This document shows positions 50,269-61,485 of a stretch of 64,000 bases of DNA, one piece after another. Source of the DNA: Chrysomallon squamiferum (Eukaryota > Animalia > Mollusca); assembly GCA_012295275.1 (NCBI GenBank), contig CM022674.1, positions 14,570,001 through 14,634,000 of the forward strand. Reading direction: 5' to 3'. A program made the translations under genes and the position numbers. How positions within the stretch are numbered: position 1 is the stretch's first letter; each line of letters opens with the position of its first letter. A model generated the notes under the pieces. The model had not been told where the DNA came from, made no database searches, and saw nothing but the letters and a program-made list of their open reading frames with translations.

Positions 50269-53200
50269 TAATAATAATAATAATAACAATAATAAAAAAA
50301 ATGATGAGGATAATATTAATGAGGATGATGAAGAAGATAAAAATAATAATAATAATAATAATGATGATGATAACAATAATAATAATAAATATAAAACCAC
50401 ATTAAATCTATTACACATGCTTTGAACTGAAATCATATTTGTAACAAGGTAAAAGAAAACTTACGTATGACAGCTTCTTGTTTTTTCTTCTCCAGTTTAC
50501 GGATGAGTTGTGCAATCTCTGGGTCCTGGTACATGTCAAAGGCCAGGTCGTCCAGTGGAGAGATGTAGTCTGGTCTGTAATAGTTTACATAATACATAGT
50601 CTGGTCTGTGATAGTTTACATAATACATAGTCTGGTCTGTGATAGTTTACATAATACATAGTCTGGTCTGTAATAGTTTACATAATACATAGTCTGGTCT
50701 GTAATAGTTTACATAATACATAGTCTGGTCTGTAATAGTTTACATAACACATAGTCTGGTCTGTAATAGTTTACATAATACATAGTCTGGTCTGTAATAG
50801 TTTACATAACACATAGTCTGGTCTGTAATAGTTTACATAACATATAGTCTGGTCTGTAATAGTTTACATAATGCATAGTCTGGTCTGTCATAGTTTACAT
50901 AACACAAAGTCTGGTCTGTAATAGTTTACATAATGCATAGTCTGGTCTGTGATAGTTTACATAACACAGTCTGGTCTGTGATAGTTTACATAACACATAG
51001 TCTGGTCTGTGATAGTTTACATAACACAGTCTGGTCTGTGATAGTTTACATAACACATAGTCTGGTCTGTAATAGTTTACATAACACATAGTCTGGTCTG
51101 TGATAGTTTACATAGCACATAGTCTGGTCTGTAATAGTTTACATAAGACATAGTCTGGTCTGTAATAGTTTACATAGCACATAGTCTGGTCTGTGATAGT
51201 TTACATAATACAGTCTGGTCTGTAATAGTTTACATAGCACAGTCTGGTCTGTGATAGTTTACATAACACATAGTCTGGTCTGTGATAGTTTACATAACAC
51301 ATAGTCTGGTCTGTAATAGTTTACATAACACATAGTCTGGTCTGTGATAGTTTACATAACACATAGTCTGGTCTGTGACATAACACACACAACTTACACA
51401 TCTGACAGTGTATTTCTATACAACATGAAAACACAAAACTGTATCTAACAACACATTTTAAAAAGTTATGTATTTGATACCAGTGTGTGTTTATATTTTT
51501 CTATAACCACAAATCAGAGTGTATGTTCAGTTTTCAGTAATACACTGTTAGTAAATATTCCTTCAGTCAAAAATACATTTGATTCACTACTAACAAATAC
51601 TACAATGAGACCACATAATTAACTTTTTAATTAGCAGGAAGTAGTGTTCTATATGTACCTTCCAACAGACAGGAAGAGTAGCTAACTACTGACAGTTGCC
51701 ATTTTGCAGATTTTGTACACATTTGTGTGTGTGTGTGTGTGTGTGTTTTCTTTCTGTGTGGTTTTTTGTTTGTTTTTTTAAAGTTAAATATAATCATAAA
51801 TATGATATAAAAAAAATCTTACAAAAATTTCTATATTGTTGCAGACAAATCTAACCAACCTGTTTAAGTAGCCATCAATGACAGGATCTTTGTCTAAATT
51901 TCTTGAATCTGATACTTCCACAAAGGGCTCCTGAAAATAAAGTTAACCAAAAATTACATAACAATTTATTTTCTCTAAAAAACAGCTGAAGCAAAATTTA
52001 CTACTTTACATCACAATTTATTTTCTCTAAAAAACAGCTGAACATATGGTGAACATATGATTTATTTTATAATGTTTAACTGCTTTTCAACCAAAACACA
52101 ATATAAAAACCAGTTGAAATGACAGGTATCATGTAGAGATAATCAGTGGTGTATATTTAGTTTCATTACAGTCTTACTTTTTTATTTTATGATTCCCTCA
52201 GTTAAAAACAAGAGTTATACATATTGCTGTTAAACAGAACAGAACAAACATAAGAAATAAATAAATACACACATACATACCTACATGCATATATACATAC
52301 ATACATACATACATATACACATACACACACATACATATATGCATACATAAATAAATAAATAAATAAATAAAATTATACTAATAATAAAAGAAAATAACAT
52401 TAGAAATAAAATTACAAATACATAATTAATAAAATCACTTACAAAACAAAACAAACAAACAAAAACTGATAGTGTGTTACTTACATTATCTGACATTCCT
52501 GTACCATATGGCAACTTGCTACCAATAACATTGATAGCTACAATCCCCACCTGAAAAAAACAAAACAATGAATATTACATGTATATTAATTAAAACCCTA
52601 AGAGATTTATGAAATATTTTACAAATAACTGAATTTTACCAGATAAAAATATAACAGTGTTTTCACAGTGAGTGCAAATGGAAGAGGCCATGTTTTAAAC
52701 TGCTGTATGTATGACACACACCAGTCTCAGACACTGGACAACTCTGAACATTCCAGAGTTAAATTTGAGAGGTCAAACAATGATTCTATGTTAAAACTAT
52801 ATGTACAATGAAAAAATGCACTTACTGAATAAATGCCATCTTTTATATGCCTATTTTGGCTCTGGTGTTTTAGTTAAAGCATTCAGTTATATTATTTTTA
52901 TGCTAAATTATGCATATTTTCTGTTTAAGTTTATTGAAATAGATATTGTTTAGGATCAGGGAACTGATTAATTCATTTCCATTCTTTTTTTTTCAAACAG
53001 CTGAGAGTTCAAATGGATTTTTGAAAAAAATTAATTTCAAAATAATCTTAAATGTTAAAATAAACATTAATTAATTAATTATATTCATATGTTTATAAAA
53101 TAATAACATACAACACACTCATTCAGTATTTTAACATTTTTATAATTAGCTGGTTGTACAGTAATTATTTTAATAGTTACCTGGTTATACAGATTGAACC

Positions 53201-53374
53201 GGTTGACATGGTTTTTGTGGATGTTCAGTTTTAAAAACAGCCCAACAGCATCAACATGCACTGACTTGAGTTCCCTCGCCTTGTACCCCGTTTTCTCATT
53301 GTCTGACAGAGACACATAGCTGAAAAATACTTACTTCTCTCAGCTTGTTTATTTTTAATATGGTAGTAGTAGTA

Positions 53375-53410
<36 letters not shown>

Positions 53411-55632
53411 TAAGAATAAGAATAATAATAAAATAAGAATAATAAAAATATACAAAAATTAGAATAAATCTATAATATTAAAATAATAATAACTACAATA
53501 AATAATAATAATAATAATATAACAAAATGATGATAATAGTAATAATAAAAATAAAAATAATAATAATAATAATAACATGGACATCAATAACAATAAATAG
53601 AAAAAACAGAAAAAGAAAATGAAGAAGAATTAAAATGGAAGAGTACTGATGTCTGCGTAGTTGTTACTCACCCCAGTCGTGTGTATCTGACGTTGTCAAG
53701 ACTCAGTGGAATGCCATCAGGAACATCTCCAACAAAAAACTCAATCTTTGTTGCTGGAAAACAACAAATCAATAACTGCACTACCATTATCTATATTTAA
53801 ACACAAAGATCACAAATAGATTTTCTTTTTAAATTATTAACATTTCAGACTGAAATGCACACCACATCAACAACAACAACAACAACACTGACTTCACATA
53901 ACATGTCTCATCAACTGAAGGTTATGTTATGACAAGATATTTGGAGACAGAACATTAAAGTGTTGCTAAGCTTTATTTATAAACAAAATATTCAATAACA
54001 CATATGAAGAAATTTGTGAATATACTGTGTATATAATTTCACTATTTAGTAATAATGGTAACATACACAAACAAAACTATGTGTGTAATTATACAAATAA
54101 TGTTTTACACTTGCACATTTGCAATAAACAAAGAATAATACATTTCTACACCTGTGTTTATTTCACTAATTTATTTACACAGAGTACACAACATTTCATG
54201 AAAACAAACTATTGGTTACCATCAGTTTTAAAAATGCAAGAAATAAAGGATATTATATTTATTACAATAAACAGCTTATGAAAAAAATATATATAATTTA
54301 AAATATTATTAACATTTTGGGGAATTTTATTTTATTTATTTTACAATATAAAACATTAGTTCTTCTTCTCTGTCGAATGCTCAGACAGGCACCCCAGATT
54401 CTTCACTTGCATAATCAAAAATATACCTGTGAGAAACTGACCCCAGAGGGGTCTTCAGCCTTTTTTCTGGGGGTTGCGAGATTGTTTTGAGTGAGGCTAT
54501 GTTTTCGCTTTTTTCAACTTGATTTGGAAGGAGGAATAAATAAAAATGTATAGTTAGGTTTTGGACCCGTCATAGTGAATATAGATTCCTTTTGAACTGT
54601 CTTTGGTTGATGAAAATATGGTAACCCTAGACATCATTGAATCAAAATTTTAAAGGGGTTCATCGGTCATACTGAGTTGCTCATAAGAGGCTGCAGCATG
54701 AAAAAGGTTGAAAAACCACTGTTTCAGAATATATAATATTATAATTAAAAATACACCTATGAGATACTGATGAGATAAAAGTTGTATTTTGTAGATTTCT
54801 GTTGTTTTAGAATATATAATATTATAATTAAAAATATACCTATGAGATATTGATGGCACAAAAGTTGTATTTTGTAGATTTCTGTTGTTTTAGAATATAT
54901 AATACTATAATTAAAAATATACCTATGAGATATTGATGACACAAAAGTTGCATTTTGTATATTTCTGTTGTTTTAGAATATATAATATTATAATTAAAAA
55001 TATACCTATGAGATACTGATGAGATAAAAGTTGTATTTTGCGTATTCTTGTTCTTTGGTCAAGCTGGATAACAATGTCCTGTGGATACAGACAGTATCTG
55101 AAAACAAAAAAAGATATAATTGAATACAACTGACCTTTCCATTTTCAAACAAACAATAAAATAATACTGAAAACTTGTTGCTTTCATTAAAAAAAAAAAA
55201 AACAGCAACATATATAAAAAAATAATAATACTAATAATAATAATAATTTAAAATATTGTTCAAACTATTAACTTAAAAAATTGATTTAAAAGTGAATCAA
55301 AAGAAGACTGATAAAAATAAATAAGGAGAATTTTATGCCACTTTTTTCTTCTTTTTTTTTTTTACATAATTGAAATTTTAGGTGTCATTATCTCTGTTTT
55401 AAAAATTGTTTTAAGTATAAATGTATGTATTTTAAATATAATTACCTAAATTTTAACTATAATAATATATATTTTAAGTATAGTTATAAGTATAATTTAA
55501 GATATTATTTATTAAATACCTTGCAGAAACCCATCCTTTAGTGAGTGGGCTGTGATTGTTCAGTTCTGCTGCTCTGTAACTGTCATCCTGCCCTGATGCA
55601 TGCACAACTCTGAATGGAATCTTTACTGGCAT
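24354..55632 (-). CDS. CEP104: Centrosomal protein 104 (jelly-roll, TOG, Zn-finger), ~28 coding exons, ~875 aa
   Basis: Exons: 55632-55520, 55097-55006, 53753-53672, 53319-53181, 52550-52485, 51930-51860, 50574-50465, 49942-49887, 47284-47129, 46890-46866, 46384-46285, 45661-45572, 43381-43323, 43161-43088, 41680-41513, 40463-40402, 39733-39661, 39151-39086, 38798-38677, 37993-37676 (with an internal 83-bp duplication), 36619-36524, (33710-33696, optional), 31575-31531, 31132-31071, 28501-28393, 27226-27088, 25659-25519, 24415-24354. Diagnostic motifs: LSDNEKTGYKARELKSVHVDAVG, SPLDDLAFDMYQDPEIA, YDERPLP, CIFCGE...GLDLHFWKSCP, HCPLCH. Confidence 0.94.
24710..25522 (-). repeat. 42-bp array (~18 copies) containing the CEP104 penultimate-exon donor
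   Basis: Minus-strand unit TCAA|GTAGATTATCACTTTAAACACTGACACACTTACATACA; degenerates away from the exon. Confidence 0.9.
25624..26645 (-). repeat. ~240-bp higher-order repeat carrying the acceptor plus exon start, with nested ~21-23-bp units
   Basis: AGAACTTGAAGCAGCTGTAAACAG recurs at ~25646, ~25887 and ~26091; the inner unit is AACATTTTATATTAACTATTGAC. Confidence 0.85.
27500..28185. repeat. ~62-64-bp mid-intron minisatellite derived from GATA/GACA-type simple repeats
   Basis: Unit AGACAAATTAACAAATGTACAGACAGTCAGATAGATACACAGATAGAGATAAAAAGCTAGACAA. Confidence 0.85.
28487..29005 (-). repeat. 31-bp array (~16 copies) containing the CEP104 Zn-finger exon acceptor
   Basis: Minus-strand unit TTTTTCTGTGTTTCAG|GATCTGTATTTTCTG; the real acceptor precedes 28501. 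Confidence 0.93.
29305..31096 (-). repeat. ~1.8-kb composite donor array (42-bp and 19-bp units)
   Basis: Minus-strand units ATGATGATGATGTGTCACTGATGGACAA|GTAAGTAAATGTTT and ATTGT|GTAAGTAAATGTTT are interleaved; the real donor follows 31071. Confidence 0.95.
36635..36990. repeat. 60-bp tandem repeat just upstream of a CEP104 acceptor
   Basis: The 60-nt lines starting at 36661, 36721 and 36781 are identical. Confidence 0.9.
37771..37933 (-). repeat. Exact 80-bp exonic tandem duplication (period 83) inside a CEP104 exon
   Basis: 37771-37850 is identical to 37854-37933, separated by TTC. Confidence 0.95.
39156..39398. repeat. 30-bp array (~8 copies) abutting a CEP104 acceptor
   Basis: Unit AAAATAAATCAATGTTAACTTTCACAGGTT. 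Confidence 0.9.
39735..39868. repeat. 33-bp array (~4 copies) abutting a CEP104 acceptor
   Basis: Unit TGAAAATAACACAGTACTTGTTATTAGTAACAG. Confidence 0.88.
40500..41507. repeat. Related ~21-bp and ~60-bp arrays filling most of a CEP104 intron
   Basis: Shared core TGTAAGAAATGTTTT; 21-bp units lie next to the donor at 41512 and ~60-bp units lie toward the next acceptor. Confidence 0.85.
41664..42715 (-). repeat. ~52-bp array (~21 copies) containing a CEP104 acceptor plus the first 17 exon nt
   Basis: Minus-strand unit ATAATTTAATTAAATAAAACAAATCAAACTTGTAG|GTGTCTAAAGCGTACTC. Confidence 0.94.
43964..44927. repeat. 45-bp minisatellite (~21 copies), CEP104 intron
   Basis: Unit CTACAACAGATATAAATAACCCAGATACTACTAAATAGATACTGA. 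Confidence 0.92.
47558..47762. mobile_element. Putative MITE (~205 bp)
   Basis: Imperfect terminal inverted repeats GGGCAGTTCCAGAAATTAGC / GGTTATTTCTGGAACAACC with an AT-rich interior. Confidence 0.4.
48873..49433 (-). CDS. Candidate alternative (cassette or terminal) CEP104 exon
   Basis: Acceptor TTTACAG at 49434-49440 is in phase 0 with the upstream exon. 186 open, GC-richer codons inside an AT-rich intron. Possible phase-0 donor AGG|GTGATC after 48942. Confidence 0.6.
   Translation of the reverse strand: MSLEDVPPPVYLTEPVASTDTNSDPYWVPVKSVSHSVLDDPYLLPSDNQFNPLPVRKKNVRFKHGGQTFTSLADFETSLDSEDDPYWLPVDSPHFKRYDQLVKVPDDQSIHKRNYSVLPEPETSVANPTFSHRLQRYKKKLEPIDVSLNDTDSLRIKLEYSSYRVISLHGFLSLLSSLLASSRNNV
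50566..51380 (-). repeat. 31-bp array (~26 copies) containing a CEP104 acceptor
   Basis: Minus-strand unit TGTRTTATGTAAACTATYACAG|ACCAGACTA; the real acceptor precedes 50574. Confidence 0.94.
54430..54721. mobile_element. Possible hAT/Charlie-type transposon remnant
   Basis: The right end reads CAGTGGTTTTTCAACCT on the minus strand, a typical Charlie-family terminus. The left end was not identified. Confidence 0.35.
54722..55040 (-). repeat. 83-bp array (~4 copies) containing the CEP104 exon-2 3' end and donor
   Basis: AAAATACAACTTTTATCTCATCAGTATCTCATAG|GTATAT recurs, with donors at ~55005, 54922, 54839 and 54756. Confidence 0.9.
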
Positions 55633-55878
55633 CTTGAATCAGCTGCAAAACATTTAACATATAAACTCAAATTTTAAATAAGTCTAGTTTTGTTTTTGAT
55701 AAACATAACATAACACTAATTTGTTTCAAATTAATCACATACAATATATTCCTATCAGTATTTTAATATTATTGTAATTATCTGGTTGTTAGTGTTGTTG
55801 TTCAGTTGATTTTGTTATTGTTATTTTTTTTAATGAAACATATCTGGGAAATACTCCATCTACTGTAATTATCATGAT

Positions 55879-55913
<35 letters not shown>

Positions 55914-56241
55914 TGTAATTTCACTATGTGTCTCTGTATGATAATAATAAATCATCTCATTCGCGATATATGTGTGCATTCTGTCACCGCGTGCATGCGA
56001 GTATATTATATGTACACATTAAGTTGATTAACATATAAAACAAGAATTTCTGACACACGTATATTGTATACAGGAAAAGAAATCGACATTCCTCAGTAAC
56101 TGAGTAAGTCAGTCCCTGCTTAATCATGAACTTTTAAACTATTTTTGGATGCTATAATTACAAGTGAATTTTATTTTGATTACTAGAAAATTGATATTCT
56201 GTGAAAAAGATATTAAATATATCAAATACATCAATAAATAC

Positions 56242-57693
56242 CTGTGAAGCGGCTGACCACAAATCACTCATCTGCTTTGTTTTTCGTTTTTATCGTCATC
56301 GATTTTTCCGGTAAATGGCTATTCACGATAAATGGTTCAATTGACATATATAACAACAGGTGCCTGTAACGTTGTTACCTCTAGAGTTGTTAATCCAGTC
56401 AGTTTATATTTTTCTAAATGAAGTGTATCCAAAATAACTGTTAAAAATATCAACAGAGTAAAAAGTTCTAATTTAACATCAACATATCAAGTAAAAACAT
56501 AATTAACCTAGATCTTCTTGACAACGACCAAAACCGCCTGAATGTGTACATTAGAGAATGTGGTCTCGCTGACTCGATGTTTATTAAAATTATTTTAATT
56601 AATTTTGTTTTCAACTTTCTAGATGTTATTTAGTTAAAGTTAAAAAAGGAATGTTATTTTGAACCTTATTTATTATTATAAACGACTTTTACAAAAAAAA
56701 AAAATTATTATTATTATTTTTTTTTTTTTTTAATACAAAAAGCAGAGTGCGTTCGATTCGTCAGAAACGCTGATATCGCAATGGTTCTGTGTGCAGATAT
56801 TTCAACTTTTTTCTGTAATTGTTTATATAGTTTGTTAAGCATCATTCCGTCTTTTATCATTTAATATTATTATAAGACATAAACTATATTTTCTGTACAC
56901 AAGTAATTTAATATTATTTTTAATTTTCTGGGGGGGGTTCTACAGTAAGAAAATCACTCTCAAGATATCACAATTTAAGAAATATGACTGGTATTTATTT
57001 TACTATGTCCATGGTGATATAGAACATCATTCAAAATTAAAGACATCAAAATAATACGATACGTTTTAAAATTAGCTATTCGCGATGGTTTATCGAATAA
57101 AATATTACTTGAAAATAAATAAAGTTCGTTGCTGAGAAAAAGAGGGCAAGGGTAAAATCGAAGAAGTCATTTGGTCGTGAATGTCAATGATGGATGGTTC
57201 GTTCTGCTCCATTTTTGAAATTTATAAGAAAATTTGCTGTAGGACCTAACTGAAATTATATAACTTTCAAACATTATTGATATTGTAAAGAATTTTCAAA
57301 ATTCACGTTATTCAGTTTTATTAACATATTATAAAAAACCATTATGATATATAATTAATATGTTCTGATTTACAGATATGTATTCACCAATCAAGACATC
57401 TAACATAGATCTTTAATATATTATTTAATTCCCATAGTAACAAACATTTTGATGTTTTTTATTATTATTATCTAAACAAATAAATAATATGTTGCTTAAA
57501 AATCTAACATGTTATAGGATATATTCTCAATTTAAATCAAAGGCTGTCTAAATTACGGTCTAGTAATCTACAGCTTGATATTAAGTATTTGTCACGTGAT
57601 CAAAATATGGCGGCAATCTGAAAAGGTGTTTCATGAACCGTGAAGTCTATGTATGACTATGTTTAGTAGATTTTGGCTCTCTTTAATGGTGGA
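56242..57693. promoter_or_regulatory. Divergent promoter region CEP104/DFFB, including a probable CEP104 non-coding first exon (donor at 56241)
   Basis: The CEP104 ATG exon has an acceptor just upstream (55643-55645), which implies a 5' UTR exon. CpG clusters are present. E-box GTCACGTGAT (57591-57600) lies next to YY1-like AATATGGCGGC (57604-57614). Confidence 0.6.
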
Positions 57694-60600
57694 ATGAGAG
57701 CGTACAAAATACAAGACGTTAAACGTAAAACGAGAATCGGAGTCACAGCGAAATCATTACACGAACTTATTGAAAAAGGATGCGAAAAACTAAAGGTTTG
57801 TTATTTAAAATGCTGATTAAACATTTCATGCTGTGAGATCAATCTTTCAGTATAATACTAATAGTATTTCAACTATTTGTAATAAAATTTATATATGGAT
57901 TTACGATAGTCTGAGGATACGAAAACTAATTTTCATTTGTTTGTCAGTGTTTGAAAACTCAGAACAATTAACTATTGAACACCTTTTCAGGCTTTTGACA
58001 ACATCGATAAAGTTACTCGGTAAATAAATAATAAATATTGGTGTCTGTCAACAAAATATTATTTTCATTTTCCTCAAGATAAGTTTTTGAAGTTTCTTCG
58101 TGTGTGTTTGTGTGAATAAATATTAATTTATAAATAATAAATTAATATAATATTTTAAAACTAAAATGAAGAGCAGTGAATAATAAAACTTATTAAAGTA
58201 TTATTTATTTAATATTATTTTAATTTTAATTTTTTTAATTTTTATTTAGATTTAAGAATTTTAATTTTTTCAGCTTGCTCCAGATGACGTAAGAGTGGTG
58301 ATAGAGGATGATGGAACGTTGGTTGAAAGTGAAACTTTCTTTAAAAAACTTCCAGCACAGACTGTTTTTGTCTTTTTGACAGAAGGAGAGGTCTGGAGGG
58401 GAGGTAACTCATACCTAACACACCTCATTTAGTGTTTTTCTTTACAGACAGATCTGTTTCAAAGTTATGCAGACTTAACCAATAACTGTCTTCTTTGTTC
58501 AAAAACATTGTCTTTGAATATTATATTTTCTAATTTCTTTATTCATAAATTATTATTTATTAATCATTAATGTTTTAACATAAAAGATTATGAAATGTTT
58601 TATGCATTTAAATATTTTTTTAATCTATATCATTATTGTTTGTTTAATCCTGTGGAAATCAAAGAAAGGAAACAGAGGAAACATAACTTGTAATGACACA
58701 CAATAGGCTTCTTATTTTCTTTACTAGCAGAATGTCATTGTAAATCAATCCTTCCATGAATATAAAAGATCATACTTTGACATTTGATATATGACTGATA
58801 ATGTGGATATATTGATTTCATGTTTGATTAATCATGTGACCTTTCTTTCATGACTTTGCTGGTTTCAAAAAAAACAAATTGTAAAACTAATTAATTCAGA
58901 GGGTTATTTTCAATTTGTTTCTATCTGAAAATTCAAAAAATATATAATATAAAAAAAAGCAGTCAAAAATGACAAATAATGATAAAATATATTTGACATA
59001 TGTGTTTGTATGTGCATGTTTTGTGTTTTACTGAATCAGATGTTTTGAATTTTTTATCTGCTGTGTTGCTAGCTGGTGTCATGATACACGAAGCTCTGAG
59101 TAAACTCTACAACGTTACTCGGCGTACAGAAATTGCAAATCAGATTAGAGATTTGATGGAGGATGAAAACGCTCCAGAGAAAATTCATATCATGTCTCAG
59201 TATCTGGACATGTTGGAAACTGACCCCTCCACTGAGCAGAGGTACGAACACGAAGACTGGTTTGAAGGTAACACAGAGTTTTCCTTTTTTATTTCTGTGT
59301 GAGTGTTTGTGTGAACATACATGTTTGTGTTTTGGGGAGTGTTTGTGTGAACATACATGTTTGTGTTTTGGGGAGTCTGTGTGAGTATTTTGTGAACATA
59401 CATGTTTGTGTTTTGGGGAGTGTGAGTGTGTGAACATACATGTTTGTGTTTTGGGGGTGTGTGAGTTTTTGTGTGAACATACATGTTTGTGTTTTGGGGA
59501 GTGTGTCTGTGTGAGTGTTTGTGTGAACATACATGTTTGTGTTTTGGGGAGTCTGTGTGAGTGTTTTGTGAACATACATTCCTAATTGGTGAGGGTGTAA
59601 AGCTTTGATATGAAAAATGTATAGACTGTCAACATGATTATTTGGGATGCAGAGAAGACTTTTCAATTTAACATATAGTGATATAACTGTCTTTCATATA
59701 AAAACCAATCTTGAAAGTTTTGATGTTCCAGATACTTTTTTATGATGTGTTGTTATTATCATATTAAAATGTACATTTCTTCATCTCATTCTCTCAGGCC
59801 TCAATAAAAAATACAAAACAAAAAGTGAAGTGATGAGAAACTCTGCTCAGACAAGAATTAGAAGTTATTACATTAGTGTGAGCAAAAATATATATATAAT
59901 TATTAGTTTAGTGTGAATTGTTATTCATTCTTACTTTCTTTAAATAAATAATTTTTTTTTTTTTTTTTTAAAATTAGTTAGGATTGAATTTTTAAAAAAT
60001 TTTTTTTTTTTAAGTTAAATAATTATTAAAGGAGATAAATTAAACAATAGTTAACAAAAATAAAAAATTATTAAAGGAGTTTTCAATTTAAAAAAAAAAT
60101 AATTATTACAGAAAAATTAAACAATTATGAAGAAAAATTAAACATTTATTAAGAAAAAATTATTAAAAATATTAAAGCAAAATTAAACAATTATTAAAGA
60201 TTAATATTTAAATTTTGTGATTTTTTTTTTTTTTTTCAGGCTAAAGATCAGATAGAAAAGGAGAGTGACTCAAAATCCAAAATGCTTCTTCTCGATCTTT
60301 TGGAGGAGATGTATGAAGAATTGAAAAGTAAAGATTTTCACTCAAGTTACTTCGACAGGACAGCGAGACAGACAGACAGACTGTGTGACAAGAAGGGATG
60401 GTTTAAATGTGAGGGAGCATTTGACAGGAAGCACTGTGAGAAACTGCACACAATTAACCCTTACTCTTCCCGCGGGTATCGTCAGCTGTTTGGATTGTGG
60501 AATCTAGACCATATGTAAGTTTTGTCAGTAACATCATAATAAATATAGAAACAAATAAACTAATAACCATTTGTTAATCAAAACAGATATAGAAATAAAT

Positions 60601-61485
60601 AAACTAATATCCAAATGTTAATCAAAACAAATATAAAAATAAATTAAACTAATATCCAAATGTTAATCAAAACAGATATAGAAATAAATAATCTAACATC
60701 CAAATGTTAATCAAAATAGCTATAAAAATAAATAAAATAATATCCAAATATTAATTAAAACAGAAATAAAAACAAGATTTTTTGTTACAAGCTGTGACAT
60801 TAACATTGTAATAAATATAAAATAAATAAATTAATAACAAAAGCTAATCAAACCAGAAATAAAAACCAGATGTTTTTTTACAAGGTGCAACATTAACATC
60901 ATAATAAATTTAAAAATAAATAAAGTAATAATCAAATAGTAATCAAACCAGAAATAAAAACGAGATTAAATATTATTTAGATATTGACTTCTGGATGGAT
61001 GGATGGAAATGCAAATGTGAATGTAAAGGAAGTGCTTGTGTATAGATCTATATTATTCCTCAGATATTTGCTTTAGAGTAGCTGTATCCTAGAGATACAT
61101 CTGCAGTACATGTACCAGATTTAAAAATAAACTGGAGAGTATCTTTTCTCAAGTACAGAAGTGTCAGAGATAATTTATCACAACAATGGTGTTGATCTTG
61201 GTAAGCAGATGTAACTGATTAGACAGTCACAAAGATTCTTAATAACAGATGATTAAAACAGAAAACATTTTATTTTATTTCAGAATTGAGAAATCTCGTG
61301 AGGTGATTCCTACACTGATAGAAGCTGCCAAGAAGAAACCCAGAAATATGGAGTTAAATTGGTTACATGTTTACAAACTTTTGTTTACTCGAAAAAATTT
61401 AAAACTTGTTCAAGTTGGATGTCACAAAAAAGCAGCGAGATCTTCTTCTAATTGTAAAATTAGTGATTTTTACACAGAATCCTGA
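57694..61485 (+). CDS. DFFB: DNA fragmentation factor subunit beta (CAD/DFF40 nuclease), 6 exons, ~327 aa
   Basis: Exons 57694-57795, 58274-58403, 59073-59267, 59798-59877, 60240-60514, 61284-61485; phases consistent, 984 nt. CIDE-N domain (RKTRIGVTAKSLHELIEKG...EDDGTLVE), WFEG, CEGAFD...C...HTINPY, WNLDHIIEK, LLFTRKNLKLV..CHKK. Confidence 0.94.
59295..59578 (+). repeat. ~30-45-bp tandem repeat near the DFFB exon-3 donor
   Basis: Core GTGAACATACATGTTTGTGTTTTGGGGAGT, ~7 copies. Confidence 0.85.

Noticed and set aside
7394-51380. CRISPR-like appearance of the repeat arrays
   Set aside because: Units are contiguous with no unique spacers, there are no cas genes, and the context is eukaryotic introns.
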